The translations under genes and the position numbers were made by a program. The notes beneath the pieces were generated by a model. It was not told where the DNA came from. It made no database searches and was given only the letters and a program-made list of their open reading frames with translations. A stretch of 64,000 nt of DNA from Octopus sinensis (taxonomy: Eukaryota). The stretch is from contig NC_043002.1 of NCBI RefSeq assembly GCF_006345805.1, forward strand, positions 80,600,001 through 80,664,000. The letters run 5' to 3'. Below, in pieces: positions 56,662 through 64,000 of this stretch (its first letter is position 1; every line of letters starts with the position of its first letter).

Positions 56662-58149
56662 CTAGCAGAATTGCCCGGCGTTGCTCGGGGCTGAATTGCT
56701 TGAAAGTACTGTTAATGATTGCACTGAATTATGATGATTATTCAGGCAAATATTGAAATAAGCTTACGGTGGGAGATAAGGACTTAACGCCAAACGTGTG
56801 CCATTGCATTGTTTTGGGGGAACCAAATTTCTGATGAGCATTATAGGGGCACTAACTTTAAGTTGAGAAAGTGTGGTGGTAGTCCGGGGTGCTCAAAGGA
56901 ATTGAGTACCTCTATTGGATAGTTGATGACGTCCTTCTGGGTCAGGAGTTGTATCGATAGACTGATATACATCGACTTCCCTAGGAATGAGTTTTAGCAT
57001 TTCATCATTAATATGGTGAACAGTTTTATTCCTCGGGGCCAGTATAGCCTTTTTGCCAATCCAATCCATATTCTGATAATTAGCTTGTAAATCTGGGAAC
57101 ACTGCATCTCTGAGATCAGAAGGCGTCTTAACAATGGTACAAATGGAATCGATGGTAATATTACCATTTTCATCCCCTGGTATTTTGCCTTCGCCAAGTG
57201 CAAGGAGAGTGTGAGGAAATGCTGGTGATGTGATATTACGTCGCATATGAGCACGCATATTGGTGTGAAGTTGAGAGTTACTTCCGTTTATTTTTAAAAA
57301 TATGCATTAAAATGGAAAAAAATGTGGTAAATTATTGTAAAATCATAGACTCATCGTAGACGCGCGCTAATACCCAGAAGGGCTCGATATGAATCACGAC
57401 TATAAGATACCCGGTTTTGGTTAAACTGCATCGCAAAATGTGGGAGTAGTTAGGAATCTAAATCGGAGTAGACAGACACACAACCTTTCTTTTATATATA
57501 AATACATACATACACACACACATACATACACACACACACACACATACATGCATACATACAATACACATAAATCGAGTAAAAAATTTCAGTTATCTCTCTC
57601 TTTCACACATTACTCTCTCGTCTCTTCACACACACTAACAGAAGCACTTCACTTACACAACATACTGTCTGTCTCCCACACTCCATCAAACACACACACA
57701 CACACACATGTACATCAATGAGTCCCATGCACGGTAACTTCAAAGGAACTTCCCTCGTCATACAATCGCTTCTCTTAGTCTCTTTCGCTCTCATTACTTA
57801 TGTAAAAAATAAAAGTTTTTCTATGTGTGTAAAGAGGAAGTGGGAGGCAGAGTGAAAGAATCACTCACTACAGTAAGTGAATTACTTTCATTTTATTCCT
57901 TGCCCACTGTGTGTGTGCGTTTGCGTGTGGTGTAAACCAGACTAAGAAAAGCATTTGACACACACACCAGAATGTGAGTTTTCTGTAAATTTTGCTTAAC
58001 TGGAGTTTAATTTTAAAAACTGGACCTGCATGACGCGATGCATTGTACTCTTAAAACTGCTAGGTAAATTGTAATTGAAGAAATCCTATATTGTAGATTT
58101 GTATACTCCCAAAGGGAGGCAGATAAAATCTGCCTTTTATAATAAGAGA
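56662..58149 (-). mobile_element. Internally deleted Helitron with Pif1-like helicase fragment
   Basis: 5' A|TCTCTTATTATAAAA, 3' hairpin CCCGAGCAACGCCGGG then CTAG|T; ORF 56893-57258 (NMRAH..LLALGEG..VFPDL..AILAPRN..YQSID) continuing to PGLPPH.L.LKVSAPIML.RNL..CNGTRL. Confidence 0.92.
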
Positions 58150-58678
58150 TATATACATATAATATATAATATATATATATATATATTATATATATATATA
58201 TATGTTATATATACATGTGTGTGTATGTGTGTGTTTGTGTGTGTGTGTGTGTGAAATGATAGGAAATAGAATGTGATTCGACAACGATCAAAAGCCACTC
58301 ACATGATACCTTGTCTGTGCAATAGATGCTTCTGGATCATATTTATTTTTGTAATTATTTATAAAATAATTAATGGTATCCAAAAACTAAGCATCTGACA
58401 ACTGTAAACACAGACGCACACACACACACAAACACACACATGTAAATAGAGAGATTTTTCGCTAGTGTAAACATATTAACAGAACTGAAACATCAATAGA
58501 CTATACATGTCTAGAAACATATATTCATATATATGTGTGTGTGTGGTGCGTGCGTGCGTGTGTGTGCGTGCGTGTGTGTGTGTGTGTGTGCGTGCGTGTG
58601 TGTGTGTGTGTGTGTTATATACAAATGTATATATATATATTTTAAATATAGGATTAAAATTGAATATAAATTTTTTAC

Positions 58679-58931
58679 CGGTGGCCAGCGTGAGTAAAAA
58701 CGTCCGTAGACCGCATTTGGACGTATGTATAAAAGTTATACACTGAAGGAAAGCCACTAAGCTTTTTCGTAGTTTGGGACTTAACTCCCATTTCTAGCGT
58801 AATGGAAAACCAGTAAGTGGTTTTCCCTCAGTGTAAAACTCTTATACACACATATGATATGTATATGTTCGTGTGTGTATGTATGTATGTATGTATTTGG
58901 TATGTATATATACATACATATATGTGAGTGT

Positions 58932-59010
<79 letters not shown>

Positions 59011-59260
59011 TTGATGATGACGCAAAAAGATCTGGCCTCCATCTTCAGGGAAGAGAAATGAAACCGATATATCACTCCAGCCTGAAGAGGGCGGTTGGAT
59101 CTGTCCAATGTTTATTTGCTTCCATTACCACATGTATATATTTGTGAACTCTACTTGCCAACATTATGGCGTAACTCCGAGCCCCCAGAAACCGATGTCG
59201 GACTTATAACACCATAACTTTGATATTCTGCATCTTTGTGCACTGTGTAAGCATACTCTG
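58679..59260 (-). pseudogene. Decayed cadherin-like exon relic split by an (AG)n/(TATG)n expansion
   Basis: Acceptor ATATTTCAG| EYAYTVHKDA...TLDR; after the microsatellite, F.Q.VYNFY..PNAVYG.FLLTLAT |GTAAAA donor. Confidence 0.35.
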
Positions 59261-59419
59261 CTGAAATATAAATATTTAACTATATTTATACTCGAATATT
59301 CATCGTCTGAAAATCTTCATTATTTGCTTTCTCTTTATTTACATCTACTCATTAGACTTCCTCTAATACCCGCGAATTGGTCTTCGGTAAAAGGTTTCGG
59401 TGTGTAAGCTCAAATAATT

Positions 59420-59945
59420 TTTTTTCCTACTGTAGGCACAAGGCCCGAAATTTATCGACCCGGAAAGGACGAAAGGCAAAGTCGACCGCGGTGGAATTTG
59501 AACTCAGAACGTAGCGGCAGACGAAATACCTATTTCTTTACTACCCACAAGGGGTTAAACACAGAGAAAACAAACAAGGACAGACAAACGGACAAACGGA
59601 TTAAGAAGATTATATTGACACCAGTGCGTAACTGGTACTTATTTAATCAACCCCGAAAGGATAAGAGGCAAAATCGAGCTCGGCAAAATTTGAACATAAA
59701 AAGAAACGAAATACCTATTTCTTTACAACCTACAAGGGTCTAAACACAGAGAGGACAAACAAGGACAGACAAACGGATTAAATCGATTATATCGACCCCG
59801 GTGCGTAACTGGTACTTATTTAATCGACCACGAAGGATGAAAGGCAAAGTCGACCTCGGCGGAATTTGAACTCAGAACGTAGCGGCAGGCGAAATACGGC
59901 TACGATTTCGCCCGGCGTGCTAACGTTTCTGCCAGCTCGCCGCCT
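59420..59945 (-). mobile_element. SINE family A trimer with TSD
   Basis: Three units; AGCTCAAATAA at 59407-59417 and 59948-59958. Confidence 0.9.
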
Positions 59946-60010
59946 TTAGCTCAAATAAATTTTAGCGCTACTAGGTGTTTTTTTTTATAGAGAAACTCTG
60001 AATATCATCT

Positions 60011-60046
<36 letters not shown>

Positions 60047-60050
60047 GTTG

Positions 60051-60090
<40 letters not shown>

Positions 60091-60371
60091 CTATGTATTG
60101 TGCTGCACTAACGATTACCAGACCGTGTGTTCGATTCCCCGACAGGGTGTTGCGTTGTGTTCTTAAACAAAGCACTTGATTTCACGTTGCTCAGCTATGA
60201 TTTCGACATCTGACCTGTGGTACCCAATTGCACCTGCATAGGTAGTATCGATTTGATGTAGGGGGTGAGCTTATGTCTACACAAACATTTGATTACAATA
60301 AACAAATCATGTGTGGGTGTTCGGTAAGAAATTGTCGAACCCTCAGACGTCGTCTAACGACTGGAGAGTCC

Positions 60372-60423
60372 TTTATTATTATTAAAATTATCATTATTAA
60401 AATTATTATTATTATTATTATTA

Positions 60424-60492
<69 letters not shown>
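60372..60492. repeat. (TTA)n microsatellite
   Basis: Direct inspection. Confidence 0.95.
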
Positions 60493-60493
<1 letters not shown>

Positions 60494-60936
60494 ACCTGGG
60501 GTGAGAACATGAGTCAAGATGCGAGAAGTTTCGACCATCGCACTTACAAACTCTTACATTTCTAAGATCTCTCGTTTCAGTGTGTGTGTGTGCGTGTGAG
60601 TGTGTGTATGTCTGTATAGATTCGTACATGCACGGATGAATAAATATGCATGCCTGCATGCGCACATGCAAATACATATATAATCATGTGTCTATATATG
60701 TGTGCGTGTCGGTGTGTGACGGTTCGGCAGTGAGCCGCTTGGTGGAGCAGTTGAGCAGTGAATCATAAGACCTCCATCGTCTGAAAAAATGAAAAAAGAC
60801 TTCCCATCATGCGGATGTCTGCATGCGTGTTAATTGTACGTAAACAAGTAAAAATGTGAGCAACACAATACATTCCACACACACCACCACACACGCATAT
60901 TATATGCATATATATATTGTGTGTATATATATATAT

Positions 60937-60967
<31 letters not shown>

Positions 60968-61018
60968 ATATATATATGTATAATATATATATATGTTATA
61001 TATATATGTGATAATATG

Positions 61019-61061
<43 letters not shown>

Positions 61062-61342
61062 ATCTATGTTTATACGTAAGCATCTTTTCTTTCTTACGCG
61101 TCAGTAATAGGATAGGCCATGCTGAGCATCATCTTCAAATGGTTTCAGTCAATGATATCGACCCCAGTATTATTAAGTCTGGTACTATTATTTTTTTTTT
61201 TTTTTTCTATTAAGACGTCTTTGAGACGCAACTAACCCTTAATACATAATATTCGTTTCACTCCGGTAATCGCAGTCACTGACACGCACACAGAGACGTA
61301 CGGTCATGTATACATATTATTGTGCACATGTATATATGTATA

Positions 61343-61415
<73 letters not shown>

Positions 61416-61494
61416 TGTGTGTGTGTGTGTGAGTGCGTATACAGTCATACATACACACCGAAGCACACGTGCGCGCTCCCATACACACACACTT

Positions 61495-61892
61495 ATAGGT
61501 GGCTGAGTGGGGAAAAGATTGCTTCCCAACCACGTGGTCCTGGGTTCAGTCAAACTGCGTGGCACCTTAGGCAAGTGTCTTCTATCATGACCACAGGCTG
61601 ACCAAAGCTTTATGAGTATATTTGTTAGGCGGAATGTTAAAAGAAACCCATCATAGATATAATTATATATGTGGGTGCGTGTACGTGGGTTGTGTGTGAG
61701 TGTTCGTCCCAGGAGAGCGATTGACAACCGCTGTTGGCGTGTTTACGCCCCCGTAATTTAATAGTTTTGGTAAAACGTATCGATATATTAGTACCAGGCT
61801 TTAAAAACGTACTGGGATCGATACAGTCGACTAAAAATTCTTCAAGTACCGCACCAGCATAGCTGCAGTCTAATTGATGAAAGCAAAAAAAG
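61495..61892 (+). mobile_element. SINE family B (degenerate, full length)
   Basis: Head, CORE-like segment, central repeat, tail. Confidence 0.75.
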
Positions 61893-62193
61893 GTAATATA
61901 TATATATATATAGATATATTATATAATATATATATATATATATATATATTTTATAAACATAAGAAATATATCTCTATATATATACATATGTAAAACATAA
62001 GAATATATATATATTTATATATATATTGAATATATATATATATAGTTCTATATTTAAGAATTTAGAGATGAGGAATTATTTACATTATTTACATTCGACG
62101 GATATATGCCCACGGGCATATGTTTTAGTGGTTAACAGCGCAGGCTACTAACCGCAAGATTCCGAGCTCGATTCCAAGCAGCGACCTGAATAA

Positions 62194-62256
<63 letters not shown>

Positions 62257-62269
62257 TAATAATAATAAG

Positions 62270-62849
62270 GTTTTGCCTTGTAAATTTTGGAACCTACATA
62301 CATTGGAAGCTATGCCAACATTATGGAATAACAACAGAAAAAAGATGGTATAGGCACACACCAGAAAAGGTCACAGAAAACGAGAAAGCAACCATACTCT
62401 GGGATATGCCGATACACACAGATAGAGAAATTAAGGCCAACAGACCAGATATAGTTGTCAGAGATCATGAAGAAAAAAAATGCTTTCTAATTGATGTATC
62501 AATACCGGTAGATGACAACGTGTCTCTAAAAGAAATGAGAAACTCTCAAATACAAAGACCTGAAATAGAGGTAACTAGAATGTGGAACCTGAAACAGAAA
62601 CAATTCCTATCATAGTAGGTGCATTAGGCATGATAAAAAAATATTCAGACAAATACATAACAAAAACACCAGGACTTACAAAAATATAAACATACAGAAA
62701 ATGCACTACTAGGCACTGCACACATCCTACGCAGAACACTTTCCATACAATAACCATCAGAGCATCACAACAAATCACAGCACATACCCAAGCACACAGA
62801 GCTGCGCTCGGTAGTGAAGTGAAAGCACGCTATAAAATAAAACTACTGA
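62270..62849 (+). mobile_element. 5'-truncated R4/Dong-like retrotransposon inserted in (TAA)n
   Basis: ILWDMPIHTDREIKANRPDIVV..CFLIDVSIP..KYKD/LEIEVTRMW..PIIVGALG..LGTAHILR; (TAA)n on both sides. Confidence 0.88.
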
Positions 62850-62976
62850 ATAATAATAATAATAATAATAATATAATAATCATAATAATATAAATAAGAA
62901 AAATAATAATAATAATAATAATAATGATAACAACAACATCGAAAAATACCTTAGGGATGGGAACCCAGGTACGAAA

Positions 62977-63022
62977 GACACCTGAAGAATGCTGGAGGGT
63001 ATATCAGCCGAAACGTTGTGTT
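62977..63022 (+). ncRNA. Type I hammerhead ribozyme motif
   Basis: Stem I GACAC/GUGUU, core CUGAAGA, stem II GCUG/CAGC (closing pair mutated), GAAA, ACGU palindrome, GUU triplet. Confidence 0.75.
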
Positions 63023-63075
63023 AACAACAAACAAGATGAGTACAAATATCCGTCGAATGTAAATAATGTAGATAT

Positions 63076-63785
63076 ATACAGGGGAATTTGTTTGGGGGTT
63101 TGAAAATGCACCTGTGTATTCGTCTTTAAATATATTTATTTATTTACATACCAAACTAGTTTCGACAATGTTTTACTTAACAATGGTAGAAATGTATATC
63201 TTTAAAATTGAGGTGTTACGGGAGTTCAAAAATTAAAGGCAAAAATTGTACAAACATGTTTAAATCATCAAGTGCTCAAATGTTCACAGAAATTTCAGTG
63301 AGTTTCACAGGGATATGTAATAATATCAATGTAAGTGTTCGACGGAGATCATTACAAATGAATATTATTGAAAACTCAGGCAAATTCCATTTTTTTTCTT
63401 CCACATTTTACTATTTCTTCTTCACATATTTCATAAAAACTCAATATGACTGAAGTTTCAATAATATACATTTTCTTTAAAGATCTTTTCATTGATGAAC
63501 ATTTCCATTGATATTATTATCTATCCATGTGAAGCTCACTAAAATTTCTGTGAGCATTTCAAACAGTTGATGGTTTAAACATATTTATCCATTTTTTACC
63601 TTGTAATTTTAAAACTTTCTTATACCCTTATGTTTCATATATATATATATATATATATATAGTTGTACCATTGTTGAGCAAAAATTTGTCAGAACTAGTT
63701 TGGTACATAAATAAATCTATTTAAAAACATCTACACGCTTTTCAGATTCGGGTGCATTTTCAAACCCAAAACAAATTCTCCTATA
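63076..63785. mobile_element. Long foldback MITE (~305-bp imperfect arms, ~70-nt loop)
   Basis: 63076-63380 is the reverse complement of 63450-63785 throughout (e.g. GGTTTGAAAATGCACC / GGTGCATTTTCAAACC); TA flanks. Confidence 0.85.
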
Positions 63786-63860
63786 TTTTTTTCCTCTGTG
63801 GAAATACACTTCTTCTTTCCATATATATTATAGATTATATTATATTATATATATATATAT

Positions 63861-63910
<50 letters not shown>

Positions 63911-64000
63911 GTATATATATTATATATATATATTGTGGTGTGTGTGTGTGTGTATTAAATTTGATGTAATTAATTTCATATATTAGGGGCTGATGGGTCT

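Larger units (their letters stand above)
62060..63070 (+). mobile_element. tRNA-headed element with HHR-bearing PLE-type tail and inverted 5' copy of its end
   Basis: tRNA-like head 62113-62188, (TAA)n, tail with HHR at 62977-63022; 62081-62105 is the exact reverse complement of 63046-63070. Confidence 0.7.

Overview
AT-rich, microsatellite-saturated animal DNA. The repeat families look like those of octopus/coleoid cephalopods (inference). I found no intact protein-coding gene; nearly all listed ORFs are translations of (TA)n/(CA)n/(TATG)n/(TTA)n repeats. The window holds: (1) about 30 tRNA-derived SINE copies from at least 4 families; (2) decayed Tc1/mariner, hAT, pogo-like, Helitron and Helentron-type DNA elements; (3) Penelope-like (PLE), R4/Dong-like, CR1-like and possibly L1/Tx1-like retroelement relics; (4) roughly a dozen type I hammerhead ribozyme (HHR) motifs in PLE-type termini and non-autonomous derivatives, including a canonical one at 38198-38280 and one in the tail of a tRNA-headed element; (5) a 5'-truncated tRNA-Glu(TTC) apparently retrotransposed together with a SINE; and (6) a chain of heavily decayed minus-strand segments with cadherin-repeat motifs from ~59.3 kb to ~5.4 kb, suggesting a large dead cadherin-family gene. 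All calls were made by eye, and boundaries are approximate unless a TSD or TIR is cited.
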